Below are positions 27,170-40,789 of a stretch of 64,000 nt of DNA, piece after piece. The number at the start of each line of letters is the position of its first letter. Position 1 is the first letter of the stretch. Position numbers and translations under genes: made by a program. Source of the stretch: Octopus vulgaris (Eukaryota); assembly GCA_951406725.2 (NCBI GenBank), contig OX597821.1, forward strand, positions 64,108,001-64,172,000. The letters are read 5' to 3'. The notes beneath the pieces were generated by a model. The model ran no database searches and had not been told where the DNA came from. It saw only the letters and a program-made list of their open reading frames with translations.

Positions 27170-27667
27170 CTCTATCTCTTTCTATCCCTCCCTCTCACAC
27201 ACGCATTCACTATTTCTACCATATTTTACTCAACATTTCCCTCCCCAAATTCATTTGGACTTTCATCACCGTTCTCTCTCTCGTCCTGTCTGTCTCGCTC
27301 TGTCTTTTGTTTCTCTGTCTCTGTCTGTCTGTCTGTCTTTCTCTCTCTCACACACACACACACACACTCACTATTTCTACCATATTTTACTCAAAATTTC
27401 CCTCCCCAACATTCATTTGAACTTTCATCACCCTTCCCTCTCTCCCCTTGACTGTCTGTCTACTTCTCTCTCTCTCTCTCTCTCTCTCACTCTCTCACTC
27501 ACTCTCTCTCTCACACACACACACGCACACACTTTCTCTCTCTTCCGCTGTTACATTCTCTCACATCATTTCATTCCTATCCTTTCTCATATTCAAACAT
27601 ATCTTCACCTTCATTTTACGTCGTCACCAATTAATCGTCTGCTCTTTCTATTTCTTTCTAATTCCAG

Positions 27668-27826
27668 ATACCAGCTGAAGCCAAGGATAATGATATGCTG
27701 TTTGGTCTCCTGTCAGGCTTTGGCAGTTTCGCTGGCATCATAATGTTCTGCTGCTGTTGGTGGTGCTGCTGCTGCCGTGATAGCAAGGACGGTAAAGTGG
27801 CACCACCGCTCCCACCACAGCAGAAA
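27668..27826 (+). CDS. Probable internal exon of a single-pass membrane protein (TM + Cys cluster + Pro motif)
   Basis: Polypyrimidine tract and ccag acceptor; 159 nt = IPAEAKDNDMLFGLLSGFGSFAGIIMFCCCWWCCCCRDSKDGKVAPPLPPQQK; AAA|gttagt donor (or read-through to TAA at 27854-27856); GC-richer than its flanks. Confidence 0.65.
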
Positions 27827-28357
27827 GTTAGTGAAAGACCTGCCACTATATCTTAAATGTATTTTATTCATTTATATTTCCTTACTTTTTCATCAATCTT
27901 TCTTGCTTTCATTTTCTTAAGCTAACATTCTATATCCCTTCTGCTTTCTCACTTCTCCTCCATGAATTTTCAATTTTTCTGATCCGTCTCTCATTCTATC
28001 TCTCTCTCACACACACACACACGCATATACACACACACACACATACATACATAGAAACAAACAGAGACACACACAGAGACAAATACACACTCACACATAC
28101 AAGCACGTATAGTTATACGTTTGCTACGTTTCAAATCAGGAATGTAATTGTAATCAATATATTGCAATGCAGAAATTATTCAAAAGTTAGAAGCGAAAAT
28201 TTTAGACTTTCCCATTTTGATATTGTTCCTCAAGTGGCCTTGAAGAAAATGTTAACCATTCAGATTAATGGTAGAATAAGGCCACAATTTCAACTCTACG
28301 AAGTTGTATATAGATATATATATGTATATCTTAAAACACACACATACACAAACATTT

Positions 28358-28415
<58 letters not shown>

Positions 28416-28864
28416 CTCCCCATGCCTGTCATCTCATATGTCCCTGCCGTAAGGCTTTACTTCCACACAAGCCAGCTTAATTTAATTCAACCTTAGTCGA
28501 AAGACACTTGTTCATGTCCTGTTATTTACATTTGTATTTGTGTATCATTTCTCCGTTTTTTTTTTCGTCCTTGCTTTCGTATACACTCGCTGCTTTCTTC
28601 CAAGGGATCTATTGCTCTTAGCTTAGTTTTTCCTTGGGGCTGGCCAGATTGCAGCAATCTCGTGTATAACCAGTCAAAATTGCAAAGATAATCTAGAACT
28701 TGACTGAGGAAAGAAAACTCCGAATTACCCGTCCTTGTTTTTTCTTGCCCCTTTTTGTATCATCTGTCTGGATGTTTTGCGCTCTTGTCCCATTTTTGTA
28801 TCCTTATATATATATATATATGGCAGAATACATATGTATGTGTGTATGCATGATTGTATATATG

Positions 28865-28955
28865 TCATTATTCAGTTTTATTTCAAGATTTCTTGCCATC
28901 ACGGAAAGGGCCAGTTTCTAACCTTTATTGGAATTTCAACATCAACAGAGTATTT
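28865..28955 (-). repeat. Family D short repeat next to (TATG)n
   Basis: gtcattattcagttttatttcaagatttcttgcc...ttggaatttcaacatcaacagag. Confidence 0.7.
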
Positions 28956-29468
28956 TTATGTGTATGTATGTATGTAGATTTCTATGATTTGTTTTATGTA
29001 TATATTTGCATGCATACAGTTGCATATCTAGACATGCCCACGTATACACAAATGATAAACGTCTGGGATTTTTTTACAGATCTTTACGTATGTACGTTTG
29101 CATGTATTTACGTATGCATATCTTTTTTCGCATAAAAGTCTGTTGGCAATTGGAAAAGATTAGGTTCAATTGTCGTATTGATAACGGCTCTTGACCCAGA
29201 AACTCGTGTCCAAGACTGGCCTCGTATCTCCAGACTATAATCCTAGCTCTTTGTTAATAGCAAGACGAAAGTATCTTCCTTTCTCAAGTAGATTTTGACT
29301 TAATGGTCGTTTGGTAATTACTGTACATCTCGAGTCGGAGATAACTTTAACAAACCAAGAATTCATATTGTATGGTATTTAATATATATGTATTTGTCAA
29401 TATGTGTGTGCATATATATATATATATTTACACGTATATATATATGCATATAAATATGTGTATGTATG

Positions 29469-29533
<65 letters not shown>

Positions 29534-29965
29534 GTGTGAGCAAGCATTATGTATGTATGCTTGCGTGTGTTTCTGTTCCTCACAATCTTTCGACTGTTAC
29601 CATTTTCGCCCAACTTATCAATGAATATTTCTATTGCTATCGACATTTACATATTACAGTGCGTGCGCTCGCGCACAAACACACACACACACATACACAC
29701 ACACATACACAAAAGCACGCGCAAACACAACACACACGCAAAGACGCGTACATACTCACTCTCACACGTATAAGTCTAGATATGAATCTATCTGTCTATC
29801 TTCCTACTTATCTACCTCTCTATCTCTCCGTCTATTTATTCCATCTCCAGATGTCTTTCACTCCATCATTTCACCAAGGAAAACACGCCAAGTCTGTGGA
29901 AATTCGCTGCTCAGTAACCTATTTCTATGAATTTTGCTTCAGTAACTCTACATACAACAAGAGAG

Positions 29966-30009
<44 letters not shown>

Positions 30010-30100
30010 ATATATATATAGTTAATCCAAACATGAAAACGCGAGAACGTGGAACAAATATAGTATTATTGGACGCTCAGGAAGGAAGGGAAGAAGGAGA

Positions 30101-30135
30101 GTTTTACGTTTCGAGCGGAGCTCTTCGTCAGAAAC
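30101..30135 (-). ncRNA. Minimal hammerhead-like motif in a ~130-bp (TA)n-embedded remnant
   Basis: guuu CUGACGA a gagc-ucc-gcuc GAAA CG UA aaac; extra A before stem II; stem III is a loopless ACGU palindrome. Confidence 0.55.
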
Positions 30136-30911
30136 ATAGGAAAAGGAAAGACATATATATATAATAAATTCATAAAATAAATTCAACGTGAAAAGGAAAT
30201 AGGAAATTGTATGTTTGCAGATTTGACACCTTTTGAAACACACACTGATGTATGGCTGTTTCAGAGGTCCAAGAAGCAAGAAACTCCCAGAATTCGGTTA
30301 TATATACACACACGTGTGTGTGTGTGTTTGTGTACCGGATGATTCCTTCACTTTTCCCTCTGAATGTCGTCCTGAAATTCTAAAGAAGCAAAAACGAAAC
30401 TACATGACCAACTGGAAAAGATGCGGCAGATGAAAAACCAATAAATCGTGAAGGTCACGATTATGATTATTATTTTTACTATTATGATTGTTAATATTAT
30501 TATGATTATTATTATTATTATTGATATCATTATTAATGTTAATAATAAAAACAAAAAATAAAATTAAAGAAATATCATTATTATTTTTGTTGTCATTTCA
30601 TTCTACAATAAATTGCTGTCATTTGCAACAAATTACTTCTTTTTTATGTTGTTTTTTTTTTTTAAGCTGAATCATCAAGCTTTAACAAAAGCTGACGTAT
30701 TCAGAGAAATTATAAGTGTAAAAGTGTGCTCGGGACGTTTAGAGTGTTTGCATGTTTGTTCCAGATGATGCGGTAGATTTTGGGACGTAAATTTAATCCT
30801 CAGGTGATAACTGATAACACGTTCACGTCTGTTGCCCAGCATCACTACATTCTTGATATTTCTACGATTAATTTAAATATCACTTTCTACTTCTTTTGAT
30901 ATTGCTTTTGA

Positions 30912-30963
<52 letters not shown>

Positions 30964-31010
30964 ATCATTATTAATATTATTATTATTAAGATTATTATTA
31001 TTATTATTAT

Positions 31011-31083
<73 letters not shown>

Positions 31084-31104
31084 TGTAGTAGTAGTAGTAG
31101 TAGT
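30912..31104. repeat. (TTA)n/(TAG)n compound microsatellite
   Basis: Read directly. Confidence 0.95.
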
Positions 31105-31320
31105 ATTTTTCCTTCTTCAAATTTTCTTCCGTTTCTCACCAAGTGTCTTCCGTACACCTAGGAAAGAGAAGTTCATTTGTATGCATTCCCAGATTACACA
31201 CGGAAATTCACAGATAAAATATGCATTTAAAAAATTAATAAATAAATAAATTCAGGAATGGATATTGTTTTCACAGCGATAATGCTCTTCTCAGTACATG
31301 AGTTGTTCCAGTTAACACGA
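31105..31320 (-). mobile_element. Second, diverged R4/Dong-like 3' UTR fragment
   Basis: ttcaaattt.cttcc.tttct..cc.agtgtcttcc....cctagg is homologous to 31345-31420. Confidence 0.65.
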
Positions 31321-31342
31321 TTTATTATTATTATTATTATTA

Positions 31343-32294
31343 CTTTTTTTTTCTTCTTTCAAATTTGCTTCCATTTCTTGCCGAGTGTCTTCCCGACTCC
31401 TAGGGCAAAGAAACTCATAGTATACATTGGTAGGCCATTAAACTAAACTCAATAGTTCGCTCATTTTTTTTTTTTTTTTTTTTAAGTTAAATTAAAATAT
31501 ATGAGCAGCAACAGTTCTCACATCGACAATGCTCTTCTCAATACGTGTGATGTACCAGTTAAGACAATCTTTTGCACTTCTTGCAGGGATGGTAAGCCAG
31601 GGATCATTCTCATATAATTTTTGGTTCCCTTCTTGATCATTCCTAGTGCTCCTACGATCACTGGTATTGTAACCGCCTTGAGATGCCACATTTTCTCAAT
31701 TTCAATGAGTAGGTCTTTATATTTTCCGAGCTTGTCAAACTCTTTCGCTGAGATATTATGATCACAGGGGATGCTCATGTCGATCAATAAGCAAACTTTA
31801 TTGTTTTGGTCTTTCACAACAATATCTGGTTTATTGGCCTTGATGGTTCGGTCTGTATGTACTGGAAAGTCCCACAGAATGGTTACATTTTCTCCTTTAG
31901 TTACAGCCTCAGGGTGGTGATTATACCACTTGTCGGCAGTTTTGATATTGTAATGCCGACTTATTAGCCAGTGTAGATATTGGCCAACTCTGTCATGTCT
32001 TAATTTATACTCCACTGGAGCTAAGACTTTACATCCAGAGATTAGGTGGTCCACTGTTTCAATCATGTCGTTGCAGAATCGGCATTTTGGGTCTGCTCCA
32101 TTTTTCATCACATTGGCCTGGTAGTTCCGGGTTAATAGACTTTGATCTTGAGCAGCCAGGATGAAACCTTCGCTCTCTGCTTTTAGCCCTGAGCTCCGTA
32201 GCCACTGATGGGTTTGCTTCTGGTCAACATCAGCTTGTTTGCTGCGGGTCACATATTTGCCGTGCAGAGGTTTCTCCTCCCACCTATCAGCCAA
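31343..32294 (-). mobile_element. 5'-truncated R4/Dong-clade non-LTR retrotransposon in (TAA)n
   Basis: RLE ORF plus 3' UTR, flanked by (TTA)n at 31322-31342 and 32295-32367. Confidence 0.85.
31518..32294 (-). CDS. C-terminal CCHC zinc knuckle + restriction-like endonuclease of an R4/Dong-type element
   Basis: LHGKY, AAQDQSLLTRNY, CRFC...ETVDHLISGC, RHDRV, NKPDIV...LIDMSIP, K..KY, IPVIVGALG. Confidence 0.92.
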   Translation of the reverse strand: MADRWEEKPLHGKYVTRSKQADVDQKQTHQWLRSSGLKAESEGFILAAQDQSLLTRNYQANVMKNGADPKCRFCNDMIETVDHLISGCKVLAPVEYKLRHDRVGQYLHWLISRHYNIKTADKWYNHHPEAVTKGENVTILWDFPVHTDRTIKANKPDIVVKDQNNKVCLLIDMSIPCDHNISAKEFDKLGKYKDLLIEIEKMWHLKAVTIPVIVGALGMIKKGTKNYMRMIPGLPSLQEVQKIVLTGTSHVLRRALSM

Positions 32295-32306
32295 TTATTA
32301 TTATTA

Positions 32307-32370
<64 letters not shown>

Positions 32371-34936
32371 ACCCAAGCTGTATCCTTTACGTGCACATTT
32401 ATTGTATCTCTTACAATAGAGAAAAATTTACGCTTTGGCGCAGATATATATTTATTCACAAATTAAACTGTTTTGATAATTTGCGGTCACAAAGGATTAA
32501 TTAAATTGAGGGCTCTTTGGAATTTGGACATGAGTTATAGTTTCAATAATATAGGGTTGAATAAGAAAGAGTTAACAAGGTACTAGCAGATAAAAATGGT
32601 GGTTGGTGAATCTCCTTGGAAAATACCTCATTAAGTACGCTCAGATACTCATCGGAAAATGTCAAATCGACGAACCATAACTTCACCTTTAATGTTGTCA
32701 GTTCTACTGTTATCTTGTTTGAACCCACGTAACTACAGTTATGCTACAGAAACTAGTATTGTCGGATCCTATCGGATTATCTTTTTGGATAATCCACCTA
32801 TCATAACTTAATGATTACCAGTAATGGACGCATTCCTTTGCTATCCCACCTTTGCTATCCCACCAGTTACTTAAGCTATAACTATTCCATTTTCAGTATC
32901 GTTCGTCAGTGATCAACTTCGTGGTTCAGAAGCCACATCAATGCTAAACACATTACCAGTCTGTAGTTGTTTATTTAAGGAATCTTTTGCGCTATCTGTC
33001 TCAATAAATATACATCTACCAATTGTTATCTTCCATAGACTACATTGCTATGCATTGAAAAATATATCTTGTCAAGTGAAAATGCATTCTTAAATAGTTT
33101 AGTCAGTACTAGCAATATCCTGTTCTGTCTTTCCTGCTCGGTATTTCCATTAATTTTTTTCCCCTTATCTTTTATTTGTTGAAGACTTAGTATAAAGTTT
33201 TATGCTATTCCAAATCTATTTTTAGTTGTATCTTATAATCACTGTCTCTGCTATGTTCAAGTTTTCGACCTCAGTTGACCGATCGCTAATGTTTTGAGTC
33301 AAATACATTTAGCACATCATTTTGCTGATGTTCTTCAACACATTCTAGTTGTCGTTATAATTTGATTTCATTATTTCCAAGCATTCCGTTTTTAGTGATA
33401 TCGGTTGATCCGTTGTTTGCTATCATTTTATGTTTCCTGTCTTCGTCTTGAATTTTTGTTCTATTTCCTCTATTAAAACGTATATTAGCTTTTTGTCACA
33501 ACTTTTATTTTCTCTGTATTATCTTTTAGAGCTTGTTGGCGATATTCTTCTTTTCAAAAAAATTGATGAAAGCTGACCCAAATATCTATCGATTTTATTT
33601 CACTTGTACCTCTCCCCTCTTCATTTATTCATTTCCAGTTCACGTATTTATTTTTAGAATTTTATATTTAACAATTAGAAATCTAATATAAAACAAGTAC
33701 GCCTTCAGAATATAGCAGATCATTGATATCAAGTGATGCTGAGCTATATTGTCTCCATGATATTAGCATTTCTTACAACCAAATATAATTTGCACTTCGC
33801 AATTCCCTTTAATGATGGTAGCCTTATTCGGATGATCGGTTAATTTTTATTTCTTTTTCCGTCAATCATTCACAGTTCAGAAATAAAGAAAAATCTATAT
33901 ATAAAAAACCAATTTTCTTTCTTTCGTTTGCACTCTTATTTTAACAATAGTTTTTCGTTTCTATAACATCCAAAGTTTCAATACAGAACAATCTTTTTTG
34001 TGCGTGTGCGATGGAGGGTGATGACGTTTTTTTTTGTACCATTCCAGAGAGGCATAATAAGTTCTGGGCTTGGATACGCTTCAATTGTGTAAAAATATAT
34101 TACATTTTGCAAAAGCAGGCTCGAGTGAGCAAACACAAAACAGTTTGTGGAGGATTGTACTTCGCTTTACAGGGTACGACAGAAATTTCGTCCATTGGTT
34201 TTTCTACCGCACCCTACTGTTAATGAAGAAAGGCAGGTTGTAGCGGTGTCTATGTTATTAATGTTTTATCGGTTTTTTGGGGGTTTTTTTTGTTTATTTG
34301 CTCTTTTCTTTAATTACCATCATGGTTTTGACCAGTACACACTGAGCATTTCCAGTTGAAATGCGCATTGCAATTATTTTCCCTCTGTATATACAATTTT
34401 TCAAATCGTTTAACGACTCCCTATGCAAAATATACACGCAGCTGTTATTCCTGTGATTTCCCTAGAGCACGCCTAATTACCAATAAATTTTCTTCGTTAT
34501 CCAAAGTGATTCTATGACGACAGAGACTGTATCCTTGAATTCTTGTCATTTATATAAGATATCAATTAGTATGAGTGTTATTCTATGACTGTCAGATGCT
34601 GTAATTTTGACGTTTGATGTGCTCATATATATTTCTCAAATTTATAATGATGCATTTTGCATTTTCAGCGTTAGCTTTTTTATAAAGCCTCATATATGTC
34701 TCAGTGAAAGCCATCCTTCACATTTATGGTGGTAAGCAGTCTTGATTAATATTTTTATTTCTAACATGGATATCAGGCAGCACATTTGCGAGAGAGATAA
34801 AGGGGATCCCTAGTATATCAATTTGGATAAGTTTTTCATTACTCAAGCAAGATGTTGATAATGATGAACTACAAGATAAAAGATAATGTTGTCGGTCTTT
34901 CCAGTAACTCTCATTCCACTATACATGCATATATAT

Positions 34937-35194
34937 TCTTTTATTCTTTTACTTGTTTCAGTCATTTAACTGCGGTCATTCTGGAGCACCACCTTTAGTC
35001 GAGCAAATTGACGCCGGGACTTATCATTTGTAAGCCTGATACTTATTCTATCGGTATCTTACGCCGAACCACTACGTTACGGGGACGTAAAAAATCCAGC
35101 ATCGGTTGTCAAATGATGTTGGGGGGACAAACACAAACACACAAACATACACACACATGCACACACACACACACACATACATACATACTTACAT

Positions 35195-35243
<49 letters not shown>

Positions 35244-35398
35244 GACACGCTTCTTTCAGTTTCCCTCTACCAATTCCACTCACAAGGTTTTGGTCGGCCC
35301 GAGGATATGGTAGAAGACACTTGCCCAAGATTCCACACTGTGGGACTGAACCGGAAACATGGGGTTGGTAAGCAAGCCAGTTAAAACACACCCACTCC
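34937..35398 (-). mobile_element. SINE family A, full length
   Basis: Homology to the other A copies. Confidence 0.88.
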
Positions 35399-36109
35399 TA
35401 TATATATATATTTATATAATATATTTCATAAATATATATATGTATAAGTATGCTTGCACACATATATTCATGTGCCCCAAATCGTGTATCAGTAATTGTT
35501 AATTTGACAATTTATCAAGTATACAATAGCAAATATACAACGTTGTGTCATTGTGTAAATAAAGTAATAATCTACATAAATTTTATAACCGCTACGTCCC
35601 GTTCTGCCACCCCAGAACCATGTCCTTCGAAAGTCCACACTTAACCATATCTTTCATGCAGATTTTGACTTACAACATTTATAGCGAACTTTAAACAACA
35701 TCAGTTCTGTAATATCTCAGTAAGCCCCACTGCGGTACAAATCTTATTGACTATAACTTTCTTTTCCCATTGCACTGATGCTGGCTTTCAGTAAGCTTGG
35801 AGATATTGGAGTGTTCTGCTACGCCAATAGTTTTAACAATGAATGCGTATATTTTCCGCTACAGTGGAGAAAGTAGTGAGATATCAATAAAAGCAAACTT
35901 GCTGCCATTATTGATATCTTATCCCTGATGGAATTCCAGATCTCGAATTCTTCCATATAACCCGGAATAGTGTTTGGGCTAAACTTAAATTTACTGACAT
36001 TGTTGAAATTACACCACTGTTAACAATTGTTATGATTAAGTAATGTTTGTACGAACAAAACTTTAAAAAAAAGATACTTCCAATATTGATTTCTGGTGTT
36101 AACACAGGC

Positions 36110-36450
36110 CTTAATTTTTGGTAAACGGTAAAGTCGATTAAATCGATAACAGTTCTACACTGATATTCTATGTTATCGATCCTGAAAGGAGGAAAAGCAA
36201 GTAGAAGTTCGGGGAAATTTGAACTCAGAACGTAAACGGGATATAATTTAATTCTGCAAGACTACCTATCCTATTATCCTACCGACCCTTTTGCTTTTCT
36301 TAATGTTCTTTCTACTATAGGCACAAGGCCGGAAATTTTTGAAAGGTAAAGGCCACCTCGACAAAATTTGAACTCAGAACATAAAACCGGAAGAAACGCC
36401 ATAATGCATTTTGTTCGACACGCTAATGATTCTGCCAGCTCACCGCTTTA
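36110..36450 (-). mobile_element. SINE family C fragments (two)
   Basis: aaatttgaactcagaac occurs twice; head gattctgccagctcaccgc. Confidence 0.7.
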
Positions 36451-37997
36451 CCTCTTTTAATATCGGAACCATAAACTTTTTAACTGCATCGCTGAATTCA
36501 ACCCATTTATAACGTCATACACAGTATTTTTGTTAAAAGATATTACATCTAAAAAAAATATCTACTTTTGTTAAAAGTGGATTCGTTTCAACATCGCGAT
36601 ACAGTATTGGGAATCTTTCCTGGGATCTAAGAAAAAAAATCTATATAATGCTCTATATACACTACATTCATGTTCTTGTCAATGTACCTAGGAACGGGCA
36701 GTATTCTATTCTTCAACATGTCAAATGTTTCAATTACATGAACTGTTTGGTTAGAGATAAGGAAAGTAATACGATCGTTTCCACTTACCAACATAACTGA
36801 ATCAATCTCTATTCATATATATGTGTGCGTGTAAGTTCTCTTTTCTTTAAACGTAAAAGAAAGTAAAGGCAGTTTCTTTGAATAGTTAAGCAAACACTGC
36901 CCAAGCCTCCACCTTGTAAGACCATCTTCAACGGAAATTGATTTTTAGTGATATATGGTTGAACCAGGAGCATTAAAATATTTTAACCATTAAACCTGAT
37001 GCCTATAGTTGTTGAGTGCACTTATCTACGCTTGAAACTTCAAAGACAGTTATGTATAAAACTGGGGTGAATTCTAAAAGCAAGAACGGGAAAACTAAAA
37101 TTAAAAAAATATTAGGATGACTTGAGGAACATTCAAATACAGACGTGCTAGTCATACTACTTCGTTTAGAGATTAAGAGAAACAAACCTAGCTCTAATGA
37201 AATATGTGTGGCTACTTAAAGCCAACAACACTGATTACAAAATATAGGGAATGAGATATATAAGCAGACGATGCAGCAATTGAGTTAACAGATCCCCACA
37301 GTGATACACTGTTACACACTACAAAAACCCACTCATATTTGAACGCCCGTTTGGAACTTGTAGACATTTTACAGTTTTCTTGAAATTCTGGCATCCTACA
37401 AATGTTCCTAATTAATCATAACTCTTGAACTTTCGGATTAGGACTTACCAAGAATTAATAAATTTTTCATTTATTCGAAATGCATATAAATTATATTTAA
37501 TTACAGTATATTTAATTTTAAAGTTTTTTGAGTGTTTTCTTCTTTTTAAAGCATTGTAAATCAGTAAACTTTTAGTTTAGAGCTGGCGCCTTCCAGTCTT
37601 AAATGCAGCCATTTAGATTTAATTTTCCATTTGCTTGAGAACATTTATTGCTTATTTTCGTTTATTATTAAAATAAATTTCATAACTAAAGAAATTGGCT
37701 TCTACAATTATCCCTGTTCCGCCTTTAAGGTTGTTCATTATAATTACATTTATCATGTAGAACTTTCGAAAAATCCTCTGAAGGTCATGACAGAAGTTTC
37801 CATCATATTTAACATGAGTAGTTATTATGTGAATTTCATCGAAAGACTCGAATTCCAATATATTAATTAATATCGTTTATTAGAACTCAAATTATAAAGT
37901 GTTAAATGTCCTCATACCCTATTATTAAGACATTAAACTAGCATATTCACTCCAGATGTGCTACAAAGGAGAACTTAATCTCCTTCGGATAATAATC

Positions 37998-38054
<57 letters not shown>

Positions 38055-38529
38055 ACACGCGCGTGTATGTATAATTAAATAAGTAAATACCAAGGAACAG
38101 GAAATCATGCTAAGAACTTGGTTAACTGACAACTGTTTCTGCAATATGATGCAATGCCCTTTGCTCTGAGCGCACTGTATAGAGTGCATCTTTTAGCAGA
38201 AACGGCTGTAAGTTAATGAAGTTCATTACATAATTTCCTGCCCACATTTCATTTATTCAGTTTCATACTACGCTCTGTAGTCGACTAACGCTTATGTATA
38301 TTGAGATACATATGTATATTGAGGTCTAATACCAGGTTTTTAGTATCACTATGCCTAAGCGATATGTTCATGTCGGACGAATGAGAGAGATGTGATCGAT
38401 ATATATTGAAGTGGGGCGAGGGTGGTATAGTTAACTATGTTGACTTTTTGTAAAACAGAAGTGTTTTAACCCAACATTTTTACGCTCTTGTTTATAGTTT
38501 TTTTTCTATTCCGAGTTCAACTGCTAAAG

Positions 38530-38586
<57 letters not shown>

Positions 38587-38589
38587 GAC

Positions 38590-38661
<72 letters not shown>

Positions 38662-38834
38662 GTTTTCATATGCACATGTCTATACAAGTATTCATATATA
38701 CATGTATTCATATACGTATATAGGCACACGCACACACACACATATATATACATATATATATATAAATATATATACATATATACAAATATACATGTATGTG
38801 TATATATGTGTGTGTATGCATGTGTGTATGTATA

Positions 38835-38882
<48 letters not shown>

Positions 38883-40190
38883 GCATATCCACATAAAGTA
38901 GAAAGTATTGTTTTTGTTGTTTTTGCGGTAAGAAGACAGTATGGAAGTAGAATAGTTCCAAATGAGAATTATTAAGATAGAAGTAAAAGGAAAATGAGAA
39001 GTATTAGGAGGTGTTTATCAGTCCGCCCCAACGAAAAGTGGAACAGTGAATAAGTTTGAGCTCGAAGTTTTACTTTCAATATTTTCATTTAAAATGAAAG
39101 CTACAAACTTCCTGGAATAATGATAATTACATGTAAATCTTACAAAATTTTATAAATAATATTGAAGTAGTTTCGTCAATATCGTAACATCATTTTTAAT
39201 TAAATTCCTAAGACTACCATTGAGCTGTTTGGCATTACTGACTGACACAGGTCGCATCGATTTACTGTCATCACCCTTAATTATGGAAGGATATCAAAGA
39301 TATAATCGAAAATGTAAATAATTTTATTATGGAATATTTCCGTTCTTTAAATACTTTCATTATGAAATGCCAAGATTAAATTTAAAAGTAATCAATAAAG
39401 ATAATATAAAAGAAAAGTCATGAAACTGGATATAACTCGGAAATATGAGTTAAAATATTGTCATATGCTTCACCCTCTGATCGTCCATATATTTGACGCC
39501 ATGTGAATTCAAATCTAACTCACGTTAGAGAAAACTGTTTTGATTTACTAAAATTGCTGGAGAGTAGCATTATTTCTCTGTCTAAGGTATCAATCACCGT
39601 CTGTATATTGAATATATTGCATACCGAAATAACGCTGACAGAATACTCAAGTATTTAAAAGAACGGAAATATTCGATAATGGAACCATTTACATTTTCAA
39701 TTATGTCTTCGATGGCCTCCCATAGTTAGTGTTGTGGGCAGTAAATCGATGGGATCTAAATTTGCCTGTGGCGTCAAAAGTTCACAGGACAAGTAAAAGT
39801 TATATGTCATAAGTTAAAAGCTGTCATTTTTGACAGAAGTGTCTATGTTTATATATGCATACATACATGGTTGGGCGAGTAAGAACCATTTCCTAATCTC
39901 AGTAAGTCTTTAGGAATTTTCATACAAGTTTACCTTCTCCTAGAAGGAAGATCTAACGCGAACTAAGAGTCCTTCATTCCCAGTGGCTCCTATAGTAACT
40001 AACCCATAGCTGGGACACTTACAGTTGCTTCTACTTCGAGTCAGAGAAGACCAGAGAACACTAATGGTAACGAGATGGTTCCACACTCCCCAAAACCCTG
40101 GTACTGCCGTGCTAAGACCCCATTACCAGATGCAGTTTAATTCATAACCAGGATATACACACGTACACACACACACATATATATATTTAT

Positions 40191-40258
<68 letters not shown>

Positions 40259-40789
40259 ACAAATGAAAGACAGGAGATGGAATATACGAGAATTTATTAA
40301 TAATCACGACAGTTGTTTCGACACATCTAGCATCGATTCCTCTTGGATGATACACTCAACAACTGGTTCAGGAGCATCCAGTGGTGCAGATGTATCTCGT
40401 CGGGTGATAAATAAATAAAAACAACTCTTTAAAATGACTGTTCCACAAAGTGACTTTCCGTTTTGTAGAGAGAAAAACAGCCAGATAGAGGAAAAATATT
40501 CATATATATAAATCAAAAATAAAATTGCAGATGGCAAAAAGAGAAACGAACACGCAATCCAGCGAGAAATGTATGTATATGAATATATAGATTTTTCAAA
40601 GTGGGGTACAGATTCTATGTACTAAGAAAGAGGAGGTAGTCAGGGTTTGGATACAAATTATTTATTTTACGCTATCGTTTTTTTTTTTTTTCTGAGATTC
40701 AAAACCAATTCATATAACGAACCACTGATCTCAAACTGAGACCAATAGTTGTTGGGTCACAATCCCCAACACAACTACTAGCCAACAAT

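Noticed and set aside
26745-27743. 332-aa ORF
   Set aside because: Made of (CA)n/(CT)n low-complexity sequence; the plausible exon overlapping its end is in a different frame.
32480-33760. Strand-biased region resembling a decayed LINE ORF
   Set aside because: No diagnostic motif could be read.
34170-34216. Possible tiny mariner TIR pair (cagggtacgacagaaa / tttctaccgcacccta)
   Set aside because: Only 16 bp with several mismatches; too weak to call.
37250-37300. TATATAAG box as a promoter
   Set aside because: Expected by chance in AT-rich DNA; no supported downstream exon.
40300-40355. Hammerhead-like GAAAC-aact-GTC on the minus strand
   Set aside because: The CUGANGA box is absent.
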